A DNA stretch of 64,000 nucleotides. Origin: Candidatus Nanopelagicales bacterium. Its GTDB lineage: Bacteria; Actinomycetota; Actinomycetes; S36-B12. The notes under the pieces are model-generated. The model was not told the origin of the DNA, did not search any database, and saw only the letters and a list, made by a program, of their open reading frames with translations. The stretch's first letter is position 1, and each line of letters opens with the position of its first letter. The stretch spans positions 335,486 through 399,485 of the forward strand of contig JBBARV010000001.1 in assembly GCA_040399625.1 (NCBI GenBank), given 5' to 3'. Positions 40,511 through 50,672 of the stretch are shown in pieces. The position numbers and the translations under genes are program-made.

Positions 40511-41467
40511 CTATTGTGGCGCCGATTCGCTGGGAAGTGTGGTGGCCCCAACTTCACCAAGGACACGCTTGGCCAGAATAGTGCCTGCTGTGATGGAAGC
40601 GGGGATATCGCTGCCTGCGAGCCACGCGTTGAGGAAACCGGCATTAAAAGCGTCTCCCGCACCGGTCGTGGATTTGACCGATTCAATTTTTGGAACCGGG
40701 ATCGTGAAGTTGTGAACAAGGTTTTCGAGGGCACGTACGGGTTCCGCGGTATTTGTTACCACGACGGTGGGTGACAAGGGGTGTAATGCGCTTGAAATCA
40801 GCTCCAAGTCAATGCTTGGGGAAACTGTGTCGTCATCGCGTAATAAGCGACTAATTTCAAGTGCTTCATCGGCGTTTGCGAGGAGCAGGTCACTTAGGGC
40901 CAAAGCGGCCATGAGCCTGACTCGGTTTGTTGCAAGCAGTGCACTTGATGAAGGGTCCAAGCTGACGGTTGCGCCAGCTCGGCGCGCCGCCACCATGCAC
41001 TCAAGTGCGCTGATTCCACTCACTTCATGGAAGAGCATGTACGCGGAAACGTGAAGGTGGTTTATGTTGGGCGAAGCCAGCGGATCAAGTGATGGTGTGT
41101 TAACAAATTTAGCGTTGGCTCCGGCGCTAGGAATCATCGTTCGTTGGCCGTCGTGTTCGTTCAGGATCAAACAAACACCCGTCAACTCGTCGGGCACTCG
41201 TTGAACCAACATGTGAACACCGGATTCAGTGATTTCATGGATTAGGTAGTCTCCTAAGGGATCTTCTCCAATAGCGCCCACAAGGTAAGCCGTGTTGCCA
41301 GTTCGGGCCAGCCAGGTTGCGGTGTTTGCCGCACTCCCGCCCGGGCTTAGCGTTGTTCGAGCGGGAAAATCGCTGCCCCGAGCAACTACGAGGGTCTCGA
41401 GAGTGTCCACCTCACATGCAATATCAACCATCAGGTCACCAAGAATGTGAATTGACGCGGTCCCCAC
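40511..41467 (-). CDS. PfkB-family sugar/nucleoside kinase (likely pseudouridine kinase)
   Basis: GGSAANTA and C-terminal [11 protein letters not shown] motifs. Immediately downstream of psuG on the same strand. Confidence 0.75.
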   Translation of the reverse strand: MGTASIHILGDLMVDIACEVDTLETLVVARGSDFPARTTLSPGGSAANTATWLARTGNTAYLVGAIGEDPLGDYLIHEITESGVHMLVQRVPDELTGVCLILNEHDGQRTMIPSAGANAKFVNTPSLDPLASPNINHLHVSAYMLFHEVSGISALECMVAARRAGATVSLDPSSSALLATNRVRLMAALALSDLLLANADEALEISRLLRDDDTVSPSIDLELISSALHPLSPTVVVTNTAEPVRALENLVHNFTIPVPKIESVKSTTGAGDAFNAGFLNAWLAGSDIPASITAGTILAKRVLGEVGATTLPSESAPQ

Positions 41468-41473
41468 GGGTAA

Positions 41474-42415
41474 TTAAACCTGAGTCATCTCGCGAGAATT
41501 TGCGACGGCGATTCGAGCGGCAAGGTCTGCATTACGAACAATGATTTCAGTGTTGACCACCAAACTCTGGCCGTGTGTTGCCCGGTGGAAATGGTCGAGG
41601 AGAAAAGGCGTAACGTCCTTTCCGGATATCTTTTTTGAATCTGCCAATTTCAAGCCTTCACCCAAAACTTCGTCATGCAGATCAGGGTCAAGTTGACTAT
41701 TGAGAGGCAGCGGGTTCGCAATAAGGAGACCCGATGTGATGGCTAGTGCTCGTCGGGCAGCCATAACGTCGGCGATGTCCGAGGGGTCATCCAGTGACCA
41801 GTCCACATAGAAACCAGAATCAGTCAAGTAAAAGCCGGGGAATTGATGGGAGCCATATACGACCACACCTACGTTGAGGGTTTCGAGTCGCTCCAAGGTA
41901 GCTCCCACGTCAAGAATCGATTTGACTCCCGAACAGATAATCGTGATTGGGAGTTGGCTCAATGCCGTTAGATCGGCTGATTCGTCCCAACTTTCGCGGG
42001 CATATCGGTGAACCCCACCAAGACCTCCTGTTGCAAAAACTTCAATACCAACGGCATTGGCCAAGTGACTCGTTGCCGCAACGGTTGTGGCGGCGAATCC
42101 TTTTCGCGCCGACACGGTCGCGAGGTCGCGGATACTCGTTTTAACTACATCATCGCGTGTTGCGATTTGTTCGAGTTCGTCTTGAGACAGACCAATATGA
42201 ACCCGGCCCTCAAGCATGGCGATCGTTGCTGGGATTGCTCCCCGAGATCGAACGATGGTTTCAACTTCCAGGGCAACCCGTATATTCTCAGGCCGGGGGA
42301 GACCGTGGCTGATAATGGTGGATTCCAGGGCCACTACGGGGGTTCCACTGTTGAGAGCCTCGGAAACTTCATCGGTGTAGAAAAAAAGACCGGATTTTTG
42401 ATTCGGTAAATTCAC
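41474..42415 (-). CDS. psuG: Pseudouridine-5'-phosphate glycosidase
   Basis: VALESTIISHGLPRPEN, ATGGLGGVHR and ICSGVKSILD, as in the IndA/PsuG family. Confidence 0.9.
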   Translation of the reverse strand: MNLPNQKSGLFFYTDEVSEALNSGTPVVALESTIISHGLPRPENIRVALEVETIVRSRGAIPATIAMLEGRVHIGLSQDELEQIATRDDVVKTSIRDLATVSARKGFAATTVAATSHLANAVGIEVFATGGLGGVHRYARESWDESADLTALSQLPITIICSGVKSILDVGATLERLETLNVGVVVYGSHQFPGFYLTDSGFYVDWSLDDPSDIADVMAARRALAITSGLLIANPLPLNSQLDPDLHDEVLGEGLKLADSKKISGKDVTPFLLDHFHRATHGQSLVVNTEIIVRNADLAARIAVANSREMTQV

Positions 42416-42437
42416 GTCTTGACCCTAACCCCTAGAC

Positions 42438-43019
42438 TTGGACTCAATGAATACAGGTGTGCTAGAGCAGCAGTTGCAAAGTGATCTCGAACGGCATGGC
42501 TATTACCCGCAATTGGTATTTCAATCACTCGACAACGCATTGGGTCCCGAGAAGTTACTGGCGTATGTTGTGCATCAAGAGGCCACATTTGAGCGTGATG
42601 AATTGCGCCGGCACATGAGCGTTTTGGTCCTGACGCACACCAGGCTGATCGTTTCACACACTGACGAGCACAACCACGATGGTGAGATTTATGCATCAAC
42701 ATCCAATGAGAGTGTTCGTTTAAGTGCGATTGACACCGTGGTGTTGAATCAAGTGGTGAAGAACCCATTGGGTTCGGAGGGACCGACACTTTCTGAGGTT
42801 GTCCTCTCCGTTGGTTGGGGGGCTGTTAGCCGGATTGAGTTGGAACCAGCGGCATGCGGTGACCCTGATTGTGATGCTGAGCATGGATATGTTGGCACCA
42901 CAACGAATGATGACTTTTCGCTCAGGGTGTCACAAGCGGCTGATGGAGACGAAACCGTTGCCCAGGTGCGCGAGTTTGCTGACATTTTGTCCCAAGCCAG
43001 TGTGTCGGATAAAAACTAG
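42438..43019 (+). CDS. Conserved actinobacterial protein, DUF5998-like
   Basis: LERHGYYPQLV N-terminus. Precedes an alkaline-phosphatase-family gene, as this family usually does. Assignment from memory. ATG alternative at 42447. Confidence 0.45.
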   Translation: MDSMNTGVLEQQLQSDLERHGYYPQLVFQSLDNALGPEKLLAYVVHQEATFERDELRRHMSVLVLTHTRLIVSHTDEHNHDGEIYASTSNESVRLSAIDTVVLNQVVKNPLGSEGPTLSEVVLSVGWGAVSRIELEPAACGDPDCDAEHGYVGTTTNDDFSLRVSQAADGDETVAQVREFADILSQASVSDKN

Positions 43020-43025
43020 ATCAAC

Positions 43026-44186
43026 GTGTACGAGGAACAATCGAAGTTGGACGACTATCGCGGTCCTGAATTAAAAGATGTTATGCCCAGCGCTATTCGG
43101 GCGCTTCGCCCAGATCTGGCCGGTTCCGGATCTGTGAATTCACTAGTCCCTATTCCGTCGTCGTCACATGTGATCGTGTTGCTTATTGATGGACTGGGTG
43201 AGATTCAACTCAAGAAATTTGGGGCGGACCTATTTCTCTCACAATCTACAACTGCGTTCGCAATGCGGACGCAGTTTCCCAGCACCACGCCAGTGGCTTT
43301 GGGATCACTTGGAACGGGTGAAACCCCCGGCCAGCACGGCTTTGTCGGGGCTAGCTTTTTTCTGCCGGAAGAGGAAGCGTTGCTCGCTCCTCTTCGATGG
43401 GGTTCAACTCCGCATCCAATGTCTATGACGCCCTCGGCGCCATTATTTGAATGGGCCGCAGCACAGGGAATTGATGTTGCGAGCGTAGCTCGTGAGAAGT
43501 TTCGAAATTCTGGGCTCACTCAGTCCGTCCTTCGAGGTGGTTCATACGTTGGAGCAGCCGATCTTGTTGAAATGGAAATGGTTGTTCTTGATCGAATCAA
43601 CAAAGCGCTCGCACCTGCGCTCACCTACGTGTACTGGCCAAATCTTGATCGTGTCGGTCACGTACATGGCCCGGGTTCATCTCAATGGTTGGCCGAACTG
43701 GATTTGATCGACTCGTTCATTGCGCACCTAGCCGACGCCATCGCGAAGAAATCAAAATCTGATATTTGTCTGATTGTGACCTCTGATCATGGAATGGTTT
43801 CGTGCCCGGTTGAGCGAAGTGTCCACATAGAATCCCATGTCGATCTCGCAATCGATGTGAGGTTGGTGGCAGGAGATCCTCGGGCCCGTCATATTTACAC
43901 CCGGCCCGGTGCCGCCCGCGATACGGCGAACCGATGGGAAGAAGTATTGGGTGAGGACTTCACCGTCATACCTAGAGACACTTTGATTCAAGAGGGTTAC
44001 TTCCCGAATTTCGACCCTGATTTCGTCGAAAGGTTGGGTGACTTTATGGTGGTTGCTCGCACAGATTCAATGCTGACAAGCAATTTTGATAAAAGAACCT
44101 CATCCCTTCTGGGACAGCACGGATCTTTTTCGGAAGCAGAGATGATCATTCCTATGAGAATATTTCACTCGGGATTGAATAACTAG
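43026..44186 (+). CDS. Alkaline phosphatase superfamily (nucleotide pyrophosphatase/phosphodiesterase-like) protein
   Basis: LIDGLG, FPSTTPVALGSLGTG (nucleophile Thr region), DRVGHVHG, SDHGM. Confidence 0.75.
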   Translation: MYEEQSKLDDYRGPELKDVMPSAIRALRPDLAGSGSVNSLVPIPSSSHVIVLLIDGLGEIQLKKFGADLFLSQSTTAFAMRTQFPSTTPVALGSLGTGETPGQHGFVGASFFLPEEEALLAPLRWGSTPHPMSMTPSAPLFEWAAAQGIDVASVAREKFRNSGLTQSVLRGGSYVGAADLVEMEMVVLDRINKALAPALTYVYWPNLDRVGHVHGPGSSQWLAELDLIDSFIAHLADAIAKKSKSDICLIVTSDHGMVSCPVERSVHIESHVDLAIDVRLVAGDPRARHIYTRPGAARDTANRWEEVLGEDFTVIPRDTLIQEGYFPNFDPDFVERLGDFMVVARTDSMLTSNFDKRTSSLLGQHGSFSEAEMIIPMRIFHSGLNN

Positions 44187-44244
44187 GGGCGCCAACGTGA
44201 TAGCCAAGTGAGGGTGGGGTAGACCCACATGGAATTATGCGGGC

Positions 44245-44889
44245 GTGGCCGAGTTGATCTATTTCGTGGGAACGATGGATTGTGGCAAATCAACACTTGC
44301 CTTGCAAACAGATCACAATCATTCAAGTCGTGGAAGATCTGGCGTTGTTTTCACGAAATTTGATCGCGCCGGGGAATCGGTTTTGTCGAGTCGGCTGGGG
44401 CTTGAAGTGCCAGCCATTGAGGTAAGTGACGAGCTGAATCTTCGTCGCTTTGTCGTAGACAGGCTCTCAAGTGGTCACCGGATTGATTATCTGATTTGTG
44501 ATGAAGCCCAGTTCTATTCACCGGATCAAATTGAACAAATAGCACAGTTGGTTGATGACTTGGCGATTGATGTGTTTGCGTTTGGGATTTTGACCGATTT
44601 TCGCACCAAACTGTTCCCTGGTTCAGCTCGCCTCCTGGAATTAGCAGATCGGGTTCAGTACCTTCAGGTTGAGGCACTTTGCTGGTGTGGCAATCGCGCA
44701 TTGCACAACGCACGGACTGTTGACGGTCAAATGACAACAGAAGGAGATCAGGTTCTGGTGGGTGATGTATCCAGTTCAAGCGAGACTTCCTATGAGGTGC
44801 TGTGCCGGCGTCACTACCGCGCCCGACTCACAAAATCAAAGTCAAAGAGTGCGCATATGTCAGTTAATCCACTTCCATTTGAGGCGTGA
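44245..44889 (+). CDS. tdk: Thymidine kinase
   Basis: P-loop GTMDCGKST, CDEAQF, and C-terminal Cys motifs (CWCG...CRRHY). Confidence 0.92.
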   Translation: MAELIYFVGTMDCGKSTLALQTDHNHSSRGRSGVVFTKFDRAGESVLSSRLGLEVPAIEVSDELNLRRFVVDRLSSGHRIDYLICDEAQFYSPDQIEQIAQLVDDLAIDVFAFGILTDFRTKLFPGSARLLELADRVQYLQVEALCWCGNRALHNARTVDGQMTTEGDQVLVGDVSSSSETSYEVLCRRHYRARLTKSKSKSAHMSVNPLPFEA

Positions 44890-44905
44890 AGTCGCGCGGG
44901 TGGCG

Positions 44906-45595
44906 TTAATCCTCGGTTGAACTCGCACCAAAAAGGATTTCATCCCAGCTGGGGACCTTGGCGCGGCCCTTCTTTTTCTTGGTCGTCGAATGACTCGTTT
45001 CCGCGGGAACCTCAGGGGCAGACTCGATACCCCCTTGATCATCGAATGAGAATAACTCTGGGACGGCGGTCAATTTGACCGGAGCAGTGACGTTCTCTTG
45101 CGTCTCGACCTCGTGGTGGGCTTCAATGCGGGGCCGCGGACGGCCCGAAGTTGTGTCCACAATAATCGTCGATTCACGTGAAGTCGCAGTATGTACCTCA
45201 CGCACTGGGTCAAGACCCATTAATGTGCGGGCAGTTGCATTCAAGGGATTGACAGATTTACCTGAAGGTTCGTAGGACCACTTGGCGTCTTCCAGATTCC
45301 CGGATACTTCTAATTGAACGAGCCACTGACCACCCACATACGAGCTGTCCCAGTTGAGTTCCTCCGGGTTAAGTCCAAGGGCATTACCCATCACGGTTTC
45401 CAGTGTGGCACTTCCGCGGGCTTGGTGAAGTTGGACTTCACTGGCGCACTGTGCAACATAGGCACGCTCACGAAGGGGAGGTTCGGCGTAGCGGATAACC
45501 CTTTTCAAGTCCCATCCTGTTTCTTGAGCCACAAATTCGGGAGACTCACCAGCGCGAACTCGCTGTTGAATCTCACGTGGGCTAAGGGGATTCAG
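44906..45595 (-). CDS. sepH: SepH-like septation protein (DUF3071-type HTH plus conserved C-terminal tail), start uncertain
   Basis: SPREIQQRVRAGESPEFVAQETGWDLKRVIRYAEPPLRERAYVA and C-terminal KKGRAKVPSWDEILFG. The ORF track begins at GTG 45532, inside the HTH. The upstream in-frame 21 codons have only a CTG (45595-45593), preceded by GAGGAG. Confidence 0.6.
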   Translation of the reverse strand: MNPLSPREIQQRVRAGESPEFVAQETGWDLKRVIRYAEPPLRERAYVAQCASEVQLHQARGSATLETVMGNALGLNPEELNWDSSYVGGQWLVQLEVSGNLEDAKWSYEPSGKSVNPLNATARTLMGLDPVREVHTATSRESTIIVDTTSGRPRPRIEAHHEVETQENVTAPVKLTAVPELFSFDDQGGIESAPEVPAETSHSTTKKKKGRAKVPSWDEILFGASSTED

Positions 45596-45656
45596 TGGGT
45601 ACTCCTCGAGTTAATCGGGTGAATCGGGCGCAATGAATAATCATACGAATCCTAAC

Positions 45657-46994
45657 TTACTGGGCGTCACCTTCGTGCAGAAACGCGCCGGGCGCCGGTC
45701 CCGGGATGGGCTCCTGGTTGCGAGAAAGCGGGATGGTCATTGCAGGGTCAAATTGGCGGGCTTTGATTGCGGCATTCCAACGGGTTTGGGCAAATAATGA
45801 TGCTACGAGTGCCAAGGTTGCACCCAACGTTCCCAGACCGAAAGCATAAGACGTACCAAACCGATCAACGAGAATTCCACTCAGGGATGCACCGACGGCG
45901 AACCCGGCGGCCAGACCAGAGTTGGTCCAGGTGAGCCCCTCCGTGAGTAACTTCGAAGGCACAAGCCTCTGGGTGAGCGAAAAAGTGCAGATCAATGTGG
46001 GTGCTATTGCGAACCCGGAGAGTGTCGCGGCGATGATCAGTAACGGTGGTGAACTAATAAAGGCGAGCGGTAGCACGATCGTCACTAAGGCAATAGTTGT
46101 GTAGGCCAGTTGACGTGGGAGTGGGGTGTTCAAATGGCGACTTCCATAAATCAAACCACCAACCATTGAACTGGCAGCCCACAGCGCCAAAGTGACGCCG
46201 GCTAGTTGGGGAGTCCCCGCTTCTTGCATGAACGCAACAACCGCAACCTCAAAGGTACCAAATAGGGCACCGACACCCAAAGCCACGAAGATCGTTGAAG
46301 CCATTCCCTTGAAATGGAGTGCGGATCCTTCACTTTTGTGCTCGGATCTATTGACAGGGGGAGGGGAAGACCCACCAAGTGAGGCCAGCAATAGAGCACC
46401 CGCCAGCGTGATGACCGCGCCCACCAAGACGGGACTTGCAAAACTGAGACTGAATGCGAGAGCGACGGCAACGAGCGGTCCGATGGTGAAAATCAATTCA
46501 TCGAGAATACTTTCCCAGGCAAATGCGCTATGGAGAAGTCGTTCATTTTTATTTGCCAGAAAAGCCCAACGTGTGCGGACAAAGGATCCAAATGAAGGAA
46601 AAGTTGCACCCGCAATAACAACGAGAATGGTTTGCCAGAATCGGGAAAAATCGTTGGATACAGCGTAAACAAAAACGAACAAAGTTACCGAAAAAATACT
46701 GGGCAAAATAATGAGCACTATTCGTTGACCATACCGATCACTCATGCGGCTTGAAATCACTGCAGCGAGGGCTGCCGTTAGTGCGAATGACGCTTGCATG
46801 AATCCTGCGAAAGCATATGAGCCGGTCGTATTACTGATGTAGAGGAGAATTCCAAGGCCAACCATGGCGAGGGGAATCCGAGCGATAAAGCCTGCACCTG
46901 AGAACTTTGCGGCACCGGGAAGTCGCAGTGCTGCGGTATACGGTTCATAAACAGATCTCAACATGACATATGAACGGTACCGGTAATGCACCAT
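45657..46994 (-). CDS. MFS transporter
   Basis: 445 aa with about 12 TM helices and an MFS loop motif (MSDRYGQR). Confidence 0.82.
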   Translation of the reverse strand: MVHYRYRSYVMLRSVYEPYTAALRLPGAAKFSGAGFIARIPLAMVGLGILLYISNTTGSYAFAGFMQASFALTAALAAVISSRMSDRYGQRIVLIILPSIFSVTLFVFVYAVSNDFSRFWQTILVVIAGATFPSFGSFVRTRWAFLANKNERLLHSAFAWESILDELIFTIGPLVAVALAFSLSFASPVLVGAVITLAGALLLASLGGSSPPPVNRSEHKSEGSALHFKGMASTIFVALGVGALFGTFEVAVVAFMQEAGTPQLAGVTLALWAASSMVGGLIYGSRHLNTPLPRQLAYTTIALVTIVLPLAFISSPPLLIIAATLSGFAIAPTLICTFSLTQRLVPSKLLTEGLTWTNSGLAAGFAVGASLSGILVDRFGTSYAFGLGTLGATLALVASLFAQTRWNAAIKARQFDPAMTIPLSRNQEPIPGPAPGAFLHEGDAQ

Positions 46995-47031
46995 TCAGAG
47001 CATGACGGTGTGTCTGTGACAGGCTTAAGCC

Positions 47032-47877
47032 ATGTTCACATCTTTGGATTCCCTGTTGCATCAGCATCACCTTGGCCATCTAGCTTGGCAGTGCGCCCAG
47101 AGCGCCGGCGCTTTTTTGAAAGATGAAAGACCCCGTGATCTCAGTATTGACACCAAGTCCAGCGGGTCTGACCTTGTCAGTGAAATGGATCGAGGGGCCG
47201 AAAGGCTCATCGTGGATTTGATAACCGCGGCAAGACCAGATGATTCGATTCTGGGTGAAGAGGGATCGCAAAAAAAGGGCAGTTCTGGCATTCGTTGGAT
47301 CATCGATCCATTAGATGGAACCGTCAATTATCTTTTTGGTATCCCACTCTGGGGAGTTTCGATTGGGGTTGAGGTGGAAGGTGATGTTCAGTTAGGGATT
47401 ATCGCGATCCCTGAGACAAATAAGAGCTATGTCGGAATTGCCGGTGTGGGTTCATTTTGTGTCAGCGGTGAAACATTGCAGGAGCTGCGCGTACGTCAGG
47501 GAAGCCGGCTCAATAGTGCCCTGCTGGCAACTGGATTTGGCTATTCACCGGTTCGACGTGGATTACAGGCGGAAGTTCTGGCGTCGGTGCTGCCACAAAT
47601 CGCCGACATTCGGCGTTCCGGGTGCGCCGTTGTTGATCTGTGTTGGTTGGCAAGTGGAATTATTGACGGCTATTTTGAAATAGGCCTCAACCCCTGGGAT
47701 TACGCTGCGGGTGCGCTGATTGTTGCTCTTGCTGGCGGCCGAGTGGAAGCCCCGATTGATAATGACCTCGGAAAGCTCTTGATCTCGAGCACTCCCGAAA
47801 TATTTGAGGACTTGGAACAGGCTCTGATAGCAGCCGGTGCACTTGAACTGCTAGTCAAGGAGTCGCAAATCCTCTGA
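47032..47877 (+). CDS. Inositol monophosphatase family protein
   Basis: ILGEEG, WIIDPLDGTVNYLFG, and WDYAAG motifs. Confidence 0.85.
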   Translation: MFTSLDSLLHQHHLGHLAWQCAQSAGAFLKDERPRDLSIDTKSSGSDLVSEMDRGAERLIVDLITAARPDDSILGEEGSQKKGSSGIRWIIDPLDGTVNYLFGIPLWGVSIGVEVEGDVQLGIIAIPETNKSYVGIAGVGSFCVSGETLQELRVRQGSRLNSALLATGFGYSPVRRGLQAEVLASVLPQIADIRRSGCAVVDLCWLASGIIDGYFEIGLNPWDYAAGALIVALAGGRVEAPIDNDLGKLLISSTPEIFEDLEQALIAAGALELLVKESQIL

Positions 47878-48369
47878 GTACCAACTCGCGTTCTTAATAT
47901 AAATTTGAGCAGACTGTTCGATGTCGGCGCTAGTGATGACACCCTCTGTGATGGTTGCCGGGACACCCAATGCTCGGGCATTTGGCGGAACTATTTTGTT
48001 ATTTCCAACAAGGGCACATGCGCCAACAAGGGAAATCGGCCCGACGACCGCGTTGTGCAAAACGACCGCGTGTGAGCCAATGAGTGAACCTGACTCAATG
48101 CGGCATCCTTCGAGGTGAACCCCGTGACCGATCACGCAGTTATCGCCAATCACCGTGTCGTGGTTCGCCGTGCAATGAATTACGGAGCCATCTTGGATTG
48201 AGGTTCCGGAACCGATCACAATTCTGCCGCTATCTGCACGCAAAACCGCACACGGCCAAATACTTGAGTGTGGACCGACCTGGACATCACCGATCACCAC
48301 TGCATCTGGGTGAATGAAGGCGGTTGGATCGATGAACGGCGTTTTCGCACCCAGCGCATAAATTGGCAT
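47851..48369 (-). CDS. Gamma-carbonic-anhydrase-like hexapeptide-repeat protein
   Basis: Left-handed beta-helix repeats (IHPDAVVIGDVQVG, SIWPCAVLRAD, IGHGVHLEGC). ATG 48369 (MPIYALG). Confidence 0.82.
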   Translation of the reverse strand: MPIYALGAKTPFIDPTAFIHPDAVVIGDVQVGPHSSIWPCAVLRADSGRIVIGSGTSIQDGSVIHCTANHDTVIGDNCVIGHGVHLEGCRIESGSLIGSHAVVLHNAVVGPISLVGACALVGNNKIVPPNARALGVPATITEGVITSADIEQSAQIYIKNASWYSEDLRLLD

Positions 48370-48516
48370 AACTGATTCTCTCACTACCTATATTTCAGAA
48401 TAAATAACAGGCCCCCGTGACACCCAACCGCGCAGTACGAAAGTGAATGAGAGACAATCTGCCCGCACCCCGGAAGTAAATTTCGGGATACCGTGAAATC
48501 GAAGGGAATGAGTACT

Positions 48517-48813
48517 ATGGCAACCGATTACGACGCCCCCCGTAAAACTGACGAGGAGCTCGCGGAGGACAGTCTGGAAGAACTCAAGGCCCAGCGCGCC
48601 GAAAAAGCTTCATCACCGGTAGACGTCGACGAAGCCGAACTCGCCGAGTCAATTGAGTTACCCGGTGCGGACTTATCCGGTGAAAACTTGTCTGTCGAAG
48701 TTGTTCCGAAACAAACTGACGAGTTCACCTGTGTATCGTGTTTTTTGGTTAACCATCAGAGCCAGTTGGACCATGAGGGTAAATCGGGTCCGATCTGTAA
48801 AGAGTGTGCCTAG
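48517..48813 (+). CDS. DUF4193-like conserved actinobacterial protein
   Basis: MATDYDAPRKTDEE start and C-terminal CVSCFLV...CKEC. GAAGGG lies 10 nt upstream of ATG 48517. Confidence 0.65.
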   Translation: MATDYDAPRKTDEELAEDSLEELKAQRAEKASSPVDVDEAELAESIELPGADLSGENLSVEVVPKQTDEFTCVSCFLVNHQSQLDHEGKSGPICKECA

Positions 48814-49103
48814 CCTTTTTTTGCAAGAAACCTAAAGACCGCAACCTCTACAACCGCTGCACTCGCGGCTGTGATTGCGGCCCACGCAAGGGCGGAACCT
48901 AACTTGACCTGTGCATCTTGAGGATTGGGTGCGCTGTGCCCGACTAGTTTGCGGTAGCTGCTATCCAAGACCTTGCGTGCAGCCCACGTTGCTCCGATGG
49001 CCGCCAGCGGTGCGAGCACGTGAACTACGAGTTGGTTCTCACTCGATGGCTGATCGCTTGACCCTGAATCATCGGTATTCAATTGCTGCTGTGAAGTTGA
49101 CAT
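48810..49103 (-). CDS. Small membrane protein, DUF4235-like
   Basis: 97 aa with two hydrophobic helices flanking AARKVLDSSYRKL. Assignment from memory. Confidence 0.5.
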   Translation of the reverse strand: MSTSQQQLNTDDSGSSDQPSSENQLVVHVLAPLAAIGATWAARKVLDSSYRKLVGHSAPNPQDAQVKLGSALAWAAITAASAAVVEVAVFRFLAKKG

Positions 49104-49133
49104 AAGACTTGTTTACCACCGCAATCCGAACTG

Positions 49134-49610
49134 TCAAATTTTGGGTCCCCATGAACCAGTTATGGCCGCGATTAATTTATCGGGGGCTCGACTCGACAAA
49201 TACCAGTAACCGTGAGGATCGAGCGGATCAGAAATAGCCAGCTCGACTACAGCGTGTTTACCCCTTACCAAGCTAAAGGCGGTGTCATTTCGTGCACCCA
49301 GTGCAACTTCGCGTTGTTGCATTGATGTGAGTTGATGTGCAGAACTGATCAAGGCGATATTGATGCTCGCCCGCCCGGCCGAGAGGAGCGCCTCACCGGA
49401 GCGGCCTTCGACTCGGATCTGAGGGGCGGTTGTCACCGCCAAAATGATGTAAATGGCGCTGATGCCCAGAGCCAATAAAATCCCGGTTAGTGAGCCAAAA
49501 GCCGCCGAATATGCAATTCCCACCATGAGGAAAAGCCCGAATCCGAGAAAAAGGATCGTGGCACCGGGGAGTAGCCTTTCACGGTATTGCACATTCGGAG
49601 TATGGTGCAT
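49134..49610 (-). CDS. Membrane protein, DUF3093-like
   Basis: YRERL followed by two TM helices, adjacent to dut as in other actinobacteria. Confidence 0.5.
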   Translation of the reverse strand: MHHTPNVQYRERLLPGATILFLGFGLFLMVGIAYSAAFGSLTGILLALGISAIYIILAVTTAPQIRVEGRSGEALLSAGRASINIALISSAHQLTSMQQREVALGARNDTAFSLVRGKHAVVELAISDPLDPHGYWYLSSRAPDKLIAAITGSWGPKI

Positions 49611-49615
49611 GGGTC

Positions 49616-50182
49616 ATGAATATGAAACCCTCGGCATCCTTAGTTCCGGAAGGTGCGATCCTTCCGGAACGATCGTTTAATGCACCCAAACCGGGTGACC
49701 AACTTTTCTCACACAATAAATCCTGTTTTGGTTGCAGTGAGGAACATGAATCTGGACTGCACATGGTCTTATATGCCGGATCCGATCTCAGTGTAGTTGG
49801 CACTTTTACGGTCACCAGCCATCATCAGGGAGCGTCTGGGTTGGCGCACGGGGGACTGCTCAGCACAGCCCTCGATGAAATTCTTGGCTCATTGAACTGG
49901 TTACTGGGTGAGCCAGCAGTGACCGGCAGACTGGAATGCGAATTTCTTTCACCGGTTCCCGTGGGTTCCGTGCTTTACCTCCACGCTGAAATTCTGGGTA
50001 AGGAAAGACGAAAAATATACTCGGTGGCAACCGCTCGTCTCGGTAGCGCTGATGGCCCGGTTGCAGTCATTGCTCATTCAATCTACATCCAAGTTGGTAT
50101 AGAGCACTTTATAAGAAATGGAAACAGGCTGATGGTTGATGACGTAGGGTCGAATGCACTGGATTTCGAGGTGAATCCGTGA
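49616..50182 (+). CDS. PaaI/hotdog-fold thioesterase
   Basis: [14 protein letters not shown] followed by [17 protein letters not shown], a hotdog pattern. Confidence 0.62.
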   Translation: MNMKPSASLVPEGAILPERSFNAPKPGDQLFSHNKSCFGCSEEHESGLHMVLYAGSDLSVVGTFTVTSHHQGASGLAHGGLLSTALDEILGSLNWLLGEPAVTGRLECEFLSPVPVGSVLYLHAEILGKERRKIYSVATARLGSADGPVAVIAHSIYIQVGIEHFIRNGNRLMVDDVGSNALDFEVNP

Positions 50183-50625
50183 TCCGCGAAGTCCTCATTC
50201 AGCGTCTTGACCCTGACCTTCCACTGCCTCACCGTGAGTACCCGGGTGACGCCGGACTCGACCTTCGGGCGCGCATTGATGTTGAGTTGGCTCCGGGTCA
50301 GCGGGTTCTTATTCCTACCGGCATCGCAATAGCTTTACCATCGGGCTTCGTCGGACTCGTCCACCCACGAAGCGGACTAGCGTTAAGAACTGGATTCACA
50401 ATGGTGAATTCTCCGGGAACAATTGACGCAGGTTTCCGTGGCGAACTATCGGTGATTGGAATTAACTTAGATACAACGGCAACGGTCAGCATTAAACGTG
50501 GCGACCGAATTGCTCAACTGGTGATTCAACAGATACCCGAATTCACATTGGTCGAGGTTTCGGAATTGCCAGGTTCGGTGCGAAGTGAACAAGGTTTCGG
50601 TTCCAGCGGTGGATTTCGACATTGA
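50179..50625 (+). CDS. dut: dUTP diphosphatase
   Basis: [30 protein letters not shown], and GFGSSG tail. A 4-nt overlap with the upstream ORF. Confidence 0.93.
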   Translation: MIREVLIQRLDPDLPLPHREYPGDAGLDLRARIDVELAPGQRVLIPTGIAIALPSGFVGLVHPRSGLALRTGFTMVNSPGTIDAGFRGELSVIGINLDTTATVSIKRGDRIAQLVIQQIPEFTLVEVSELPGSVRSEQGFGSSGGFRH

Positions 50626-50672
50626 TGCCCTCAGTATTAGTCATTTAATGTTTGCCCTGACAGGATAGGGAT

